Assembly: GCA_030390025.1 (NCBI GenBank)
Contig: CM059448.1
Location: 7,068,001-7,132,000, forward strand
DNA length: 64,000 nucleotides
Reading direction: 5' to 3'
Origin: Squalus acanthias
Lineage: Eukaryota
A program made the translations under genes and the position numbers. Positions 1 through 13,251 of this stretch are shown here, in pieces (positions within the stretch are counted from its first letter, which is position 1; the number at the start of each line of letters is the position of its first letter). The notes beneath the pieces were generated by a model that was not told the origin of the DNA, searched no databases, and worked only from the letters and a program-made list of their open reading frames with translations.

Positions 1-1600
1 GGCCACCACCCACACTCTGTCCAGCAGGGGTCATTTTTGTCCCCTCCCTAGTTCCTGAAGCCAACTGTTTGCACCAAAACTGAACGACCAACGTAATTAT
101 TTTTTTTTTTTTTTAGCAAGAGAGGCATTAAGAAGCAACTGCGTTCACCTGATCCGCCATCGGCAGCCCAAATGCGGCAAGGGCTGGGCCCCTCTGCACG
201 GTTCCTGGTGTCTTTCAGTCCTCCCCTTGCTCCTGCGTTTTATTTTCCTTGTTGTTTAGAGGCACGCCTAGGGAACAGATACGTTGTGCAAATTCCCCTG
301 CGGTGATATCATAAATTTCCACTCCAGTGGTATCAACAGGGAGTGGAATTCGCTCGGGAGACACAGGGCCTCGCCCAGCCCTTCAGGGTGGCGCTGGGGT
401 GGAACTCAAATGATGTCACCGCATGGGGCAAATTCAACACAACACCCGTCGCTGCGTGTGTGGCGACACCAGAGGCCTACGAAGCCTGGAGCACAGCAAC
501 AAGAAAAAGAGGACGTCAAGAGTCACCTGGAAGTGTGAGGATCGCTTCTGTTACAACACTTGGGGGGGGCAAATTTTATGTTTCATGCAAAGCCATACTG
601 AACGGGAGGGTAACTTGATTCCTAATTTTCCAGTTATTAATTTTAAATGACTGTTTAAAAAAAAAAATCAAATCAGAACAGCACAAATCGAGTACCATCT
701 TCCAACCTGTCCTCCGGCGGGCAGTGTTAACGCATATTAAAAAAATTCCCCCGATGAGATAGCTCAGCTATACACACTTCCCCTTTAACTGCAATGTCAT
801 GTGTCAGAAAGCACAGTACAGACACGTGGAATAAGCCCTTATTTATAGCACGGGCCGAGAAGAAATGGAAAATTCAGCTCTATTTTTGGCCATGAGACAG
901 AAGGATGCATTAGGAATCAGAGGATTAGAGAATTAGTCTTGCATCAATGGCGTTGAAAAGATTTATGATCGACCATAACATCTATTTTCACCCCTCCTCC
1001 ATCCGTGTCTAATTTTGTTCTTTTCATTCCCCCGCCCCCCACCACCACCACCCCCAACTCCACCCCCCTTCCGAATATTTGTTTGCTTTTAATAGGCAAG
1101 AAGTGAGGACGACATTATCAGGGGAACAGGCTAGGAGGGGCGACTGAGCCTGACACTGAGGCAGCTGAATTAATATCAGGAAAGATTCAGTCATTAACCG
1201 AGGACGCTTCAGTGAGCCATTGACTTTAACTGCGTTAATTCACTCTGTCAGACTCAGTAACTGCTCCCAGCCACTTCGCCCCGTGACGCCATTGTAGGGT
1301 TCATTAAAATATTCCGTCCTCCCCCCCCCTCCCCCAAACAAACTTAACAAAATGGATGTGCAAGTTGATCTCCAATCTTTCAACAAAAGAAGAAAAAAAC
1401 CCGTGACCAATTTACTCCTGGCGGTGCTGACTTTTACTGGCGTACAATCCCACAGGTGCTGGCTGCCCTCCAAATAGTCATCCTTCAAACGTCAGCCTAG
1501 ATTGCGAGTTGTCGGCAGGCTCCACAACTGCAGGAGGCATCACAGGTAAATTCAATCCCATCCTCACTCAAGAGGGACACACACACACACGGACACACCA

Positions 1601-2084
1601 CTTCTTCTTAGGCAGTCCCTCGGAACCGAGGATGACTTGCTTCCACACTAAAAAATGAGTTCGCAGGTGACTGATGAGTCCAATGTGGGACCTGCAGTCT
1701 CTGTCACAGGTGGGGCAGATGGTGGTCGAAGGGGGCGGGGGGGGTGGGGTGCTTGGGTTGACGTGCGCTCCTTGCGCTGCCTGTGCTTGGCTTCCGCTTG
1801 CTCCCGGCGAAGAGACTCGAGGGGTTCGGCGCCTTCCCGGATGCTTCTCCTCCACTTTGTGCGGTCTTGGGCCAGGGATTCCCAGGTGTCGGTGGGGATG
1901 TTACACTTTTTCCAGGAGGCTTTGAGGGTGCCCTCGAAGCGTTTCCTCTGCCCACCTGGGGCTCTCTTGCCGTGTCGGAGCTCCGAGTAGAGAGCTTGTT
2001 TCGGGAGTCTCGTATCGGGCATGCGGACGATGTGGCCCGTCCATCGGAGCTGATCGAGCGTGGTCAACGCTTCGATGCTGGGGA
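1601..2084 (-). mobile_element. RTE-clade (BovB-like) LINE, 3' end fragment
   Basis: ORF 1648..2118 has the RTE ORF2 C-terminus QLRWTGHIVRMPDTRLPKQALYSEL...GGQRKRF...WESLAQDRTKWR; short (AAG)n tail at 1601-1609. Confidence 0.9.
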
Positions 2085-2202
2085 CACACACACGGTAACA
2101 CACGGACACAGTTTCCAACAGGATTCACCATCATATAATTCCTCTCTCTAGCCCAGGGTAGCAGAAGTCAATTGTAGTTGGCAGAGAAGAGGTTAGAATA
2201 CT

Positions 2203-2433
2203 CAGAGAGCGGTTAGAATGTGGAACTCACTACCACGGGTAGTAGTAGAGGTGAAGAGCATAGATGCATTTAAGGGGAAGCTAGATAAACACATGAGGGA
2301 GAAAGGAATAGAAGGATGTATTGATGTGGTTAGATGAAGAAGCGTGGGAGGAGACTCGTGTGGAGCATAAACACCGGCACGGACCAGTGGGGCCCAATGG
2401 CCTGTGTCTGCGCTGTAAGTACTGTGTAATACT
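2203..2433 (+). mobile_element. CR1 LINE 3' end fragment
   Basis: V.RMWNSLP...FKGKLDKHM C-terminus plus GGGCC(C/G)AATGGCCTGT tail; matches 23352 and 24483 copies. Confidence 0.85.
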
Positions 2434-3526
2434 AGGTAGTTTTTGACTGAGATCAGTGCCACAGCAAGCTGTGCAAGATTTCAAGCGTCTGATTGGATCA
2501 TTGGACAATCCCTCAGTTGGTTGGTGATGGGTTGAACTAGGAGACAAGATAGAGAGGACATGGCCTCTCGGTAACTGCACCTTATCACAGCCGAGCTGCA
2601 CCGTGTATTGTCATTAAGGTAACAAGCTAAATGTTGGGAAGAGGCTGTTTCTCGATTGGGTTTGGGACTGACGCACATGCCACCGACTCCCGAGATACAG
2701 ACAGTAGCAACATCAAGCTAAACTGGCAGGATTTGCTAAGGTCACGGGCAGGAAATGCCTGTTTCCTCTCCTGACCTCTCTGGCAAATTTTATTTTGATG
2801 CTCGTGCCAGCTGCGAGAAACCCACGTGTCAGGAGAAAGCAACGGTCTGAGCCCAGTACAACCAAAGCACAGTGCTGTCGACCCGTGTTAATGCCATCTC
2901 GTCTTCCCAATCTCAGCTGGGTCATTGAGGTGGGGGGGATTGGAAGGGAAGTATGGCACTGTGCAATAATCGGGCTTCTGGTCAGGTCAACCTAAAGACC
3001 ATTAGCAACATCTACAGTCATGAGCCTCCCAGGATGGCGGAGAACAACAGCGAGGCTGTAGAGTTGGGAAGGAATCAGCAGGCTGATCGCAGCAATGGAT
3101 TGACACTAGACCACGCCCGTGCTGACACTACAGCACATCCTGGGTTACTTGGGAGTTCTGCTCAAATGAGAAGCCAATATTAAATGCTGTGTAACTGGCA
3201 TCCAGTTACTGCGCCTACACAGGGGCCATTGAGAACAGGTGATGGCAATCCCTGCCATTACCCACTTCACAACCTAATCAGAGATCCAGCTCAAATGGAA
3301 CGAGCGATGACTGACAGCCGTGACATGGATTTGCTGCCAGCTCCAATTAGCTAATTAGCCAGAAGTTACTTTCTAAAAATAGTCGTCCTAAATTTTTTTG
3401 TTGAAAAAAAAATCACAGGGTTTAATGCTGCCACTGAACAGTCAGCACCTGAGAGGTCTGACAAGAGTGACATTCTCAATCAGCCCCGTCCTAATCAATA
3501 GAAACCATCACGGTTTTATTGCATCA

Positions 3527-4121
3527 TTCTTGCTACAATTGGACAGGGCCTTTGGTGAGACCACACCTGGAGTACTGTGCACAGTTCTGGTCTCCTTATC
3601 TGAGGAAGGATATACTTGCCTTGGAGGCGGTGCAACAAAGGTTCACTAGATTGATTCCTGGGATGAGAGGGCTGTCCTATGACGAGAGGTCGTGTAGAAT
3701 GGGCCTATGCTCTCTGGAGTTTAGAAGAATGAGCGGTGATCTCATTGAAACATACAAGATTCTGAGGGGGATTGACCGGGTAGATGCCGAGAGGTTGTTT
3801 CCCCTGGCTGGAGAGTCTAGAACTATGGGGCACAGCCTCAGGATAAGGGGTCGGCCTTTTAAGACTGAGATGAGGAGGAATTTCTTCACTCAGAGGGGGA
3901 TGAATCTTTGGAATTCTCTCCCCGAGGGCTGTGGATGCTGAGTCTTTGAATATATTCAAGACTAAGATCGATAGATTTTTGAACTCTAGGGGAATCAAGG
4001 GATATGGAGATCGGGTGGGAAAGTGGAGTTGAGGTCAAAGATCATTCATGATCTTACTGAATGGTGGAGCAGGCTCGAGGGGCCGTATGGCCGACTCCTG
4101 CTCCTGATTCTTATGTTCTTA
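3527..4121 (+). mobile_element. CR1 LINE 3' fragment
   Basis: ORF 3519..3941 LVRPHLEYCAQFWSPYLRKDILALE...RRNFFTQR...LWNSLP; tail CTCCTGCTCCTGATTCTTATGTTCTT. Confidence 0.93.
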
Positions 4122-4616
4122 TTCCACTTCATGACCACACTGTGTACAATCAGCTCAACTGGGATTGATCCAGGGCAACCTGGACAGAGGTGCCTGGGTA
4201 GTGTAAGGTATCCAGCAAGTATGTTGAAGAGTAAGCAGAATAACATGCTCCTGAGAGTAAAAAGGAACTCCTGGTGTGGCACTGGTCCCAGGTTCAGTCC
4301 CATTGCCACTGCTGAGTAAACTCATTTTGGGGCGCTAAATTGACAGCCCAGTAGCCTTGCCAGAAAATACAAATTAGGTGAGACTTTATCAGAACCTGAA
4401 TCCTTTCTGTAGTGAGAGGTTTCAACTGAGAGTTTTTGGAGCTCGATGCTCATTGCGTCAGGAGTCGCCTGGACCATGGTGAGTATGTGACAGTCTCGTT
4501 GTTTGCTGGACTATGCAACAAGCACATGTCGCTTGCCTCCCAATGACTGCGGCATGGCAAGAAATGTGCACAACGGTGGTCTTGAACTCGAAGAAATGAA
4601 CTGCAAATCTGCTTGG

Positions 4617-6068
4617 ACCTGACTAAACCCACCGCCTGTCCCAACCCACCGCCTGACCCAATCACCGCCTGACCCAATCACCGCCTGTCCCAATCCACCG
4701 CCTGACCCAATCACCGCCTATCCCAACCCACCGCCTGACCCAATCACCGCCTGTCCCAACCCACCGCCTGTCCCAACCCACCGCCTGTCTCAACCCACCG
4801 CCTGTCCCAATCACCGCCTGTCCCAATCACCGCCTGACCCAACCCACCGCCTGTCTCAACCCACCGCCTGACCCAATCACCGCCTGTCCCAATCACCGCC
4901 TGACCCAATCCACCGCCTGTCCCAATCACCGCCTGACCCAATCACCGCCTGACCCAATCACCGCCTGACCCAATCACCGCCTGACCCAATCACCGCCTGA
5001 CCCAACCCACCGCCTGACCCAACCCACCGCCTGACCCAACCCACCGCCTGACCCAATCACCGCCTGACCCAACCCACCGCCTGACCCAAACCCACCGCCT
5101 GTCCCAATCACCGCCTGACCCAAACCCACCGCCTGACCCAATCACCGCCTGACCCAATCACCGCCTGACCCAACCCACCGCCTGACCCAATCACCGCCTG
5201 ACCCAACCCACCGCCTGTCTCAACCCACCGCCTGACCCAACCCACCGCCTGACCCAATCACCGCCTGTCCCAACCCACCGCCTGACCCAACCCACCGCCT
5301 GACCCAATCACCGCCTGTCCCAACCCACCGCCTGACCCAATCACCGCCTGACCCAACCCACCGCCTGTCCCAACCCACCGCCTGACCCAACCCACCGCCT
5401 GTCCCAATCACCGCCTGACCCAACCCACCGCCTGTCCCAATCACCGCCTGACCCAATCACCGCCTGACCCAATCACCGCCTGACCCAATCACCGCCTGAC
5501 CCAACCCACCGCCTGACCCAATCACCGCCTGACCCAATCACCGCCTGACCCAACCCACCGCCTGACCCAATCACCGCCTGACCCAACCCACCGCCTGACC
5601 CAATCACCGCCTGACCCAAACCCACCGCCTGACCAAACCCACCGCCTGTCCCAACCCACCGCCTGACCCAATCCACCGCCTGTCCAAACCCACCGCCTGT
5701 CCAAACCCACCGCCTGTCCCAACCCAATCACCGCCTGACCAAACCCACCGCCTGTCCCAACCCACCGCCTGTCCCAAACCCACCGCCTGACCAAACCCAC
5801 CGCCTGTCCCAACCCACCGCCTGTCCCAAACCCACCGCCTGACCAAACCCACTGCCTGTCCCAACCCACCGCCTGACCCAATCACCGCCTGACCCAATCC
5901 ACCGCCTGTCCCAATCACCGCCTGTCCCAATCCACCGCCTGACCAAATCCACCGCCTGTCCCAAACCCACCGCCTGACCCAATCACCGCCTGACCAAATC
6001 CACCGCCTGTCCCAAACCCACCGCCTGACCCAACCCACCGCCTGTCCCAATCCATCGTCAGACCAAAC
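4617..6068. repeat. Minisatellite, 16-18 bp unit (C/T)CACCGCCTG(A/T)CCCAA, roughly 85 copies
   Basis: Directly visible tandem array with variant units. Confidence 0.97.
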
Positions 6069-6403
6069 CCCCCCCCCCCCGCCATCTGCCCAAACCCTCT
6101 CCAATCCTCCCATCACACCAGCCTGGAGTCTAACGACTGCAAAGACAATTGACAACAAAATGAATGCAAGGCAGAGAGGCAAAAGCATGATGTCAGAGGG
6201 TCAAAAATACATCCTAGTGTGTGTAATACAAGCTTGTATTCAGTCCCCTGCACAGGTTAGAATTAGCTGATCAACAACCGAAAAAACACACAGCGCGCAC
6301 ATCAGCAAGAGCAACCAAACAAAAAAATCAGTCTTTATCACACTTTATTTTATATTCTAAATCCTGGAACCGCTTTGAAATTTCAGACAAAGTTTGTGTT
6401 CTA

Positions 6404-6972
6404 ACAAACGTAGGAACAGGAGGAGGCCATTCAGCCCCTCGAGACTGTTCCGCCTTTCAATGAGATCACGACTTATCTGTATCTTAACAAATCCATCCGC
6501 CTTGGTTCTGTAATCATTAACACCCTTGGCTAGCGAAAATCTATCAATCTCAGTTTTGAAATTTTTAATTGGCCCCCAGCCTCAACAGCATTTTGGGGAG
6601 GAGAGAGTTCCAGATCTCCACTGCCCTTTGTGTGAAGAAGTGCTTCCCGACATCACCCCTGAACGGCCTGGCTCTAATTTTAAGGCTATACCCCCTTGTT
6701 CTGGACTTTCCCCACCAGAGGAAATAGTTTCTATCTACCCTATCAGATTCTTTAATCATCTTCAACACCTCAATCAGATCACCCCTTAATCTTCTATACA
6801 CAAGGATGATACAAGCCTAGTCTATGCAACCAGTCCTCATAATTTAACCTTTTTAGCCCCGGTATCATTCTGGTGAATCTGTGTCGCACCCTCTCCAAGG
6901 CCAATATATCCTTCCTGAGATGCGGAGCCCAGAACTGAATGCAGTTACTCCAGATGGGGTCCAACCAGAGCT
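6404..6972 (-). mobile_element. CR1 LINE 3' fragment
   Basis: ORF 6565..6801 RRLRGDLIEVLKMIK...FFTQRAVEIWNSL; reverse-complement tail at 6404-6450. Confidence 0.9.
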
Positions 6973-7002
6973 TTTTTTTTTGCTCTGGAAAAAGAACAGG
7001 CT

Positions 7003-7275
7003 CTCCTTGTGGCTTGTCCAGGTTAAAGCAGCGAGCAGTTCACACTGGACGGTCCCTCGCTCGCTCCCTGCTCTGTGCTGAGCTAGCTGATTCGAGGAGC
7101 CATCAGCACCGCTTGATCAGAGAGAGGAAAAGAATCAGGTGGGGTTCCTGCTCCAGCCACCCCTGCTGGAAGTAGATGTTGGATAAGGGAGGGATTGGGC
7201 GCAGCCGTGATGGCACTGTGGTCGAATAGCCTGCCGGCACCTCACTGGAAAAGTTGTCACGTGAGAACTGGCCAA
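7003..7275 (+). mobile_element. Old diverged SINE-like family
   Basis: Shares TCTGTGCTGAG.TAGCTGAT, GGTTCCTGCTCC and GGTCGAATAGCCTGCC blocks with 28465, 46135 and 52520. Confidence 0.55.
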
Positions 7276-7469
7276 GAGAGCAGTGACTGACTTTTTCTCT
7301 CCCCCCCCCCCACCCCCCTCCCTTCCCTTTACCTGCTGAGGCCTACTCTAGCACCTGGATGAAGAAAGGCCTAGCATCCAAAACTGGGCCTGTGTAGCTC
7401 AGGTCCGCACTGGGCAGGCTACAGTTTGATGTGTGGTGGCGGACCTTTGCTATCCTACCTAACTGGCTG

Positions 7470-7790
7470 ACCTTCACATGTCAACCTAGGCAGGGAGCAC
7501 TGGCGAGCTATTTGGCCATGGGGGGCATCACCACTGAGCATGATATCCATCTAAACACACACATCCAACAAATACCAATGGATGGCAGTGAGGAGTGGGA
7601 TCCCTAGCTAATTCTCCCTCTCGCTAGCCCAGGGTTGCTGAAGCCAGTAGCAGCAGCCCTCACCACGACCCTAGCTTGAAAGAAAAACTGGCCAACTGCG
7701 CAGCAACTTGGGTTGAGACCTGCAACCTTGCTGGTTCTGCCTGACTCAGTAACATGGCAAGCAGTTCATTCACCCACCGAGCCATCTAGG
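7470..7790 (-). mobile_element. Old diverged SINE-like family, antisense copy
   Basis: Reverse-complement similarity (CCCTCTCGCTAGCCCAGGG, tRNA-like head near 7780) to the 7003/46135 family. Confidence 0.4.
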
Positions 7791-7832
7791 GGCCCCACGG
7801 TCGATCAGAATCTACTCGAGCCTCCTCCCGTC

Positions 7833-8110
7833 TTGTGGGGTAGAGCAAAACTAGAGGCCATCAATATAAGATAGTCACCAAGAAATCCAATAGGGAATTC
7901 AGAAGAAACCTATTTACCCAGAGAGTGGCGAGAATGTGGAACTCGCTACCACAGGGAGTGGTTGAAGGGAATAGTATAGATGCATTTAAGGGGAGGCTGG
8001 ATAAGCATGAGGGAGAAGGGAATAGAGGGTTATACTGATAGAGTAGCATAAACACCAGCATGGACTGGTTGGGCCGAATGGCCTGCTTCTATGCTGTACA
8101 TCCTATGTAG
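7833..8110 (+). mobile_element. CR1 LINE 3' end fragment
   Basis: KTRGHQYKI...EFRRNLFTQRVARMWNSLP; GGGCCGAATGGCCTG tail. Confidence 0.88.
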
Positions 8111-8639
8111 AATCTCCTTGCGGCATCGGATTGCTGCTCCTAATGCAATATTGGAAAGATCCCGCCCAAATCCCATCTTCTTTGAAATACATGCAGGCCC
8201 CGCCCCCCGCCCCCCCCCAAACCCTAGGCTGTCCAACGTGTTCAGTGCTCCATTGTCTGAATCAGGAGTGGTGATATCTGATCATTAAACGTCGACACTG
8301 CCGGTTAAGCCACTTCGCCTGTTTGTTGATCGCTGAGTCACTTGTTGCATGACGAAACCCTTTGACACCAGAATGATTTATTCCACACAGAGACCAACTG
8401 AGAAATCCGTGCTGTCGCCAGGAATTCAGCAAAGTGTGATGGTGGGCGTGAGACATTTCTTTTCCCGTACCGCATCCACTGGAACTGTGCAGCTGTACCA
8501 TTCTAGAGATTCTGTCCTTCCAGACTGGGCTTGTGACTGGAGAGAGCACGGTGAGCAGAATAACACCGGGGTGAAGGAAGGACTGGTGATTACGGGTCTG
8601 CCCCTGGGGGCTGGCGGCAGTCGGAGCAATTTGAGGCAA

Positions 8640-8761
8640 TAAGTTAAAACTGTCTGCCTGTTCCGGTGGTTCAAAGAAACATCACAGATCTCGGTGAAAT
8701 ATTCAGAGAAGAGCAGGAAGTTCTCCCAGTGCCCTGGCCAACATTTCGCCTTCAACCAACC
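8640..8761 (+). mobile_element. Degraded Deu-domain SINE fragment
   Basis: GAAGAGCAGGAAGTTCTCCCAGTGCCCTGGCCAACATTT matches the SINE body at 40075-40125. Confidence 0.65.
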
Positions 8762-9132
8762 ACAATAACTTGCATTTATATAGCGCCTTTAGTGTAGCGA
8801 AACGTCCCAAGGCGCTTCACAGGAGCGCAATCAGACAGAAATTGACACCGAGCCACATCAGGTGATATTAGGGCAGCTGCCCAAATGCTTGGTCAAAGAG
8901 GTAGGGTTTTAAGCAGCGTCTTAAAAGGAGGAAAAAGAGAGGCGAAAAGGTTTAGGGAGGGAATTCCTGAACTTAGGGCCCAGACAGCTGAAGACACGGC
9001 CGTCAATGGTGGAGCGATTAAAATCGGGGATGCGCAAGAGGCCAGAATTGGAGGAGCACAGAGATCCTGGAGGGTTGTAGGGATGGATGGACGAGGTTAC
9101 AGAGACAGGGAGGGATTTGAAAACAAGGATGA
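8762..9132 (-). mobile_element. L2 LINE 3' end fragment
   Basis: ORF 8921..9199 SSNSGLLRIPDFNRSTIDGRVFSCLGPK.RNSLP; L2-type tail ...GGCGCTATATAAATGCAAGTT. Confidence 0.9.
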
Positions 9133-9439
9133 GTGCTTCACACACAAGAAATGTACTACACAACACTGACGTGCACTGGAACAGGTGTGGTTTTCCCACT
9201 CGTATATTGGCCCAGTGGCAGCTGTCACAATATTCCGGTCTGCACTAGATATTGTCTCAGGTTCAGTATCACAGATCACCCCTCGAAAGCAAGCCCCCAT
9301 GTCCCCTACGATCAGGAGTATACTTTTACTGCCCAGTATCTGGTTATACAACAGCATGACCTGGGTCCGGAACAGTAAGACCCCTTGTTGTGTACGCGGG
9401 ATTCTGTGATCTCGTCCATGCCGCACACACTTTTGTTTC

Positions 9440-9870
9440 GGAAGGTTGTGGGGTTCAAGTCCCACTCCAGAGACTTGAGCACAGAAATCTAGTCTGATAC
9501 TCCAGCGCAGTACTGAGGGAGTGCTGCACTGTCGGAGGTGCCGTCTTTTTGGACGAGACATTAAAGCCGAGGCCCTGTCTGCCCTCTCGAGTGGACGTAA
9601 AATATCCCATGGCACTATTTCAAAGAGCTGGGGGAATTCTCCCTGATGTCCTGACCAACATTTATCCCTCAACCATCACCACCAAAACAGATTATCTGTG
9701 CATTATCACATTGCTGTTTGTGGGAGCTTGCTGTGTGCTAATTGGCTGCCGCGTTTCCCACATTACAACAGTAACCACACTTCAAAAAGTATTTAATTGG
9801 CTGTAAAGAGCTTTGGGACATCCTGAGGTTGTGAAAGGCGCTATATAAATGCAAGTCTCTTTCTTTCTTT
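9440..9870 (+). mobile_element. tRNA-derived Deu-domain SINE (SacSINE1-like), slightly 5'-truncated
   Basis: B-box GGTTCAAGTCC, Deu core, L2-like tail. Confidence 0.9.
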
Positions 9871-11087
9871 CATGTTTTAACCAGATGATAAGCAATCTAG
9901 TGAGGTGGGGGCAACATGTAAACCAATAAACTGGTTTATTTTACATGAAATACATGACTGAACAGAGTGCAGTTTACAATGAAATTCAATCTATTTCATG
10001 TCACTATGTAAAATGGAAAATAAGAAAGTACGCCACGCCAACCCCATTAATAAGTTAATCCCATTTTATAGGCAAGCAATCTGTAAAACTGGAGAGAAAA
10101 TGAGACCTCTCTGCCTCATTGTTTTCAAACAGTCAATCTTCAGGCTGCTTTCTCCAGCCAGAGAGAAAGCAAAGCATAACTTTGCCCCAACCCCAGGTCT
10201 ATGTCAAGGATTGGCTCATCATGCTGCCAATAAAACAGCCATCTCAAATTAGGCACCTCCCCCACAGCACACCTGCAGCACTTGTTCAGCTTGGATACCT
10301 GCTGGGCTCAATGAATGAAACCAATTCAACATTACAGATGAGAGTAACTTTTTTTTTTTAAAAAGAAAAAAAGTCATACATTTATATCACAACCTCAGGA
10401 AGTCCCAAAGCGCTTTACTGCCAGTGAGGTGTTGGAATGTGTTAATGAACATCACCTTGAATTGTCACAAACTGATACGGTATAAAAGTTTTAATGGCTA
10501 ACATATTTCTCTTCAGGCTGGCCCATCTGACTCCTAGCCACCCGGTCTTTCAGTGGCTCCAGGCATTTTGCTTTCAAGTTGGAAAAGTATTAACTAAGCG
10601 CATTGGGAAATTTGACTACGTTAAAGGCGCTATATAAATGCAAGTTGGTGCAGGCATTCTGGGAATTAACTCTCTGTATCCTTGAATTTATATTTTAAAA
10701 GGCTTAGTAAATTAAAAGCAAAATCCCTTCCGGGCCAACAGCAGCACTGATCTGGAGGCAAAATTCTCCCATCAATCCACGATACGTAATTTATCAGTGA
10801 ACCTGCAGTGATAACATCACAATCGTTGCTCTCCTTGGGAGAATATTGTGCATCAAGAATGGAGCGTCCGCTGCAGGTGGCTGCACTAATGGATGCCTGC
10901 TGTACGAAATCAGGCAAAAACAGAGTAAAACCCCCTCCATAAAATTAAACCCACGTACATTATTAAAAATAAGTCGAGAAACCAGGGGCGGATTACAAGC
11001 CTGCAATCTAATCTTAGGATTCAGCAAACAGTTATAAACAGTTTGAGTTTCATTAGTACGCACAGACACTGCTAAACAGGAACCACT

Positions 11088-11350
11088 AAAGTAACCAGAT
11101 ACCAGTAATCGGTACAAAGTTATCAGCAGTACAATATAAAAAGTTACCAGGCGGGCACCTGATCAAAACAAATAACCAGCACAAAATAATCAGCTACCAT
11201 TAATTGGTACAATACAAGCGGTTACCAGAAATCAGTACATAACAAAATAACGGTAATCGACACAAAATAACCAGACACCCAACAATTGGGACAAAATGAT
11301 TGGAAACCCAGTAATTGATACAAAACAACAAGGTGCCAGTAATTGGGACA
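11088..11350. repeat. Decayed ~28 bp tandem repeat
   Basis: Recurring AAAATAACCAGATACCAGTAATTGGTAC-like units. Confidence 0.6.
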
Positions 11351-11821
11351 CTGTGACTAGGCGGTGATAAGCAGTTGCAAGCAATCAGTCAACAATGTTT
11401 CTGTGCATCTTTTTTTTCCCCTTGATGTGTGTGTGTGTGTGTGTGCGTGCGGTGGTGTGTGCACGACCTATCTTTGCTACCGTTCCGATCAGCAAGTAGT
11501 CAGGCGTCTGCGGGCTGAATTTATGGAAGGCGTTTGCAGATTCGTCGTCTTTCTTGTTGTATTAAAGCAAAACTATAATAAAAAAAGCAATTAGGGTTGT
11601 GGTGCGAGTCCGCTAACCGACCGTACTGCTCTGCATAGAACAGCAAGCCACCCGGCGAAAGGCATCGTCCGGGCTCCCGAGGACTCTCAGCAACCCACCC
11701 CCACTGGTGGGCGTGCGTGGACAGGATTAGGCTCCATGGTGATGCTGCCTGTGGTCGAAGAGGCTGCCGGCACTCGCCGTCAATGCTCATACGTGAAGAA
11801 CTTGGGTCAGGTGCAAAGTAA

Positions 11822-12722
11822 GGGAAGTAAGCTGTGAGGAAGACACAAAGAGCCTGCAAAGGGATACAGGCAGGTTAAGGGAGTGGGCAATAAAGGCGGC
11901 AGATGGAGTACAATGTGGGGAAATGTGAGGTTATTCACTTTGGTAGGAAGAATAGAAAAACAGAATATTTTTTAAATAGTGAGAAACTATTAAATGTTGG
12001 TGTTCAGAGAGATTTAGGTGTCCTCGTACAGTTAGCATGCAGGTACAGCAAGCAATTAGGAAGGCAAATGGCATGTTGGCCTTTATTACTAGGGGGTTAG
12101 AGTACAAGAGTAAGGAAGTCTTGCTACAATTGTACAGGGTTTTGGTGAGACCACACCTGGAGTACTGCGCACAGTTTTGGTCTCCTTATCCAAGGAAGGA
12201 TATACTTGCCTTAGAGGCAATGCAACAAAGGTTCACTAGACTAATCCCTGGGATGAGAGGGTTGTCCTAGGAGGAGAGATTGAGCAGATTAGGCCTGTAC
12301 TCTTTGGATTTTAGAAGAATGAGAGGAGATCTCATTGAAACATATAACATTCTGAGGGGGATTGACAGGATAGATGCTGAGAGATTGTTTCCCCTGGCTG
12401 GAGAGTCCAGAACTAGGGGGCATAGTCTCAGGATAAGGGGTCGGCCTTTTAAGACTGAGACAAGGAGGAACTTCTTCACTCAGAATGTTGTGAATCTTTG
12501 GAATTCTCTGCCCCAGAGGGCTGTGGATGCTGAGTCGTTGAGTATATTCAAGACCGAGATCGATAGATTCTTGGACTCTAGGGGAATCAAGGGATATGGG
12601 GAGCGAGCAGGAAAGTGGAGTTGAGGTCGTAGATCAGCCATGATCTTATTGAATGGCGGAGCAGGCTCAAGGGGCCCGATGACCTACTCCTGCTCCTAAT
12701 TCATATGTTGTTATGTTCTTAA
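11822..12722 (+). mobile_element. CR1 LINE 3' fragment (~900 bp)
   Basis: ORFs 11903, 12037 and 12280: KCEVIHFG, VRPHLEYC, LWNSLP...GIKGYG; CR1 tail. Confidence 0.95.
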
Positions 12723-13251
12723 ATGTGAAGCAGGTGCCAGAAGAACCAACACCCCAGCAAGAGTCAGCACCTTCTGTACAGGAGCCGAGAAGGTCGAAGG
12801 AGAAACTATTACCAAAATAAAAGCTTTGTATTTGCTGTTTGGATGGGGAAACGGTGCTGTGTAATATCTAAAAACCAGCACACACCAAGGAAAAGGAAGC
12901 AGCGTCTCATTGAAAGGCAGGAGTACAGAAGTAGTCCTTCCCTGGGTAAAGCTCTCTAAATAAAACAAAATTATGGGGAGAGGGGGGGGTTAAAAAAAAG
13001 TATTTTGTGTGACATGAAGGAAGATTTTTATTCTGTTGTGTTTAGCAGGGCATGACATTGCACAAGAAGCTCCCCTCATAAAGATCAGAGGAATTTCAGA
13101 TTTAAAAGCACACATCCTGTGCCCACTAAAGTGCCTGTTTTTGTTTGAATGACAGGTGTGAGCACTGTCCATTCTAAAACAAAGTGCGAGAGAGACAGTC
13201 CACATCAGTGTCCCATAATAACGATCTCCCCCCTCATCGTTTACATAGTTC

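Noticed and set aside
260-618. Exon-like region with strong acceptor at 259 and a WYQQ Ig-like motif
   Set aside because: Stops in all frames after the first acceptor; no Ig cysteines or other V-domain features; weak donors
4617-6188. CRISPR-like array or repetitive-protein ORFs (GQAVIG/WVRR)
   Set aside because: Head-to-tail units with no unique spacers, no cas genes, eukaryotic context; the ORFs are stop-free repeat artefacts
8524-8550. 27 nt micro-exon (CCTTCCAG|...|GTGAGC)
   Set aside because: Splice signals alone at this length are expected by chance; no supporting homology
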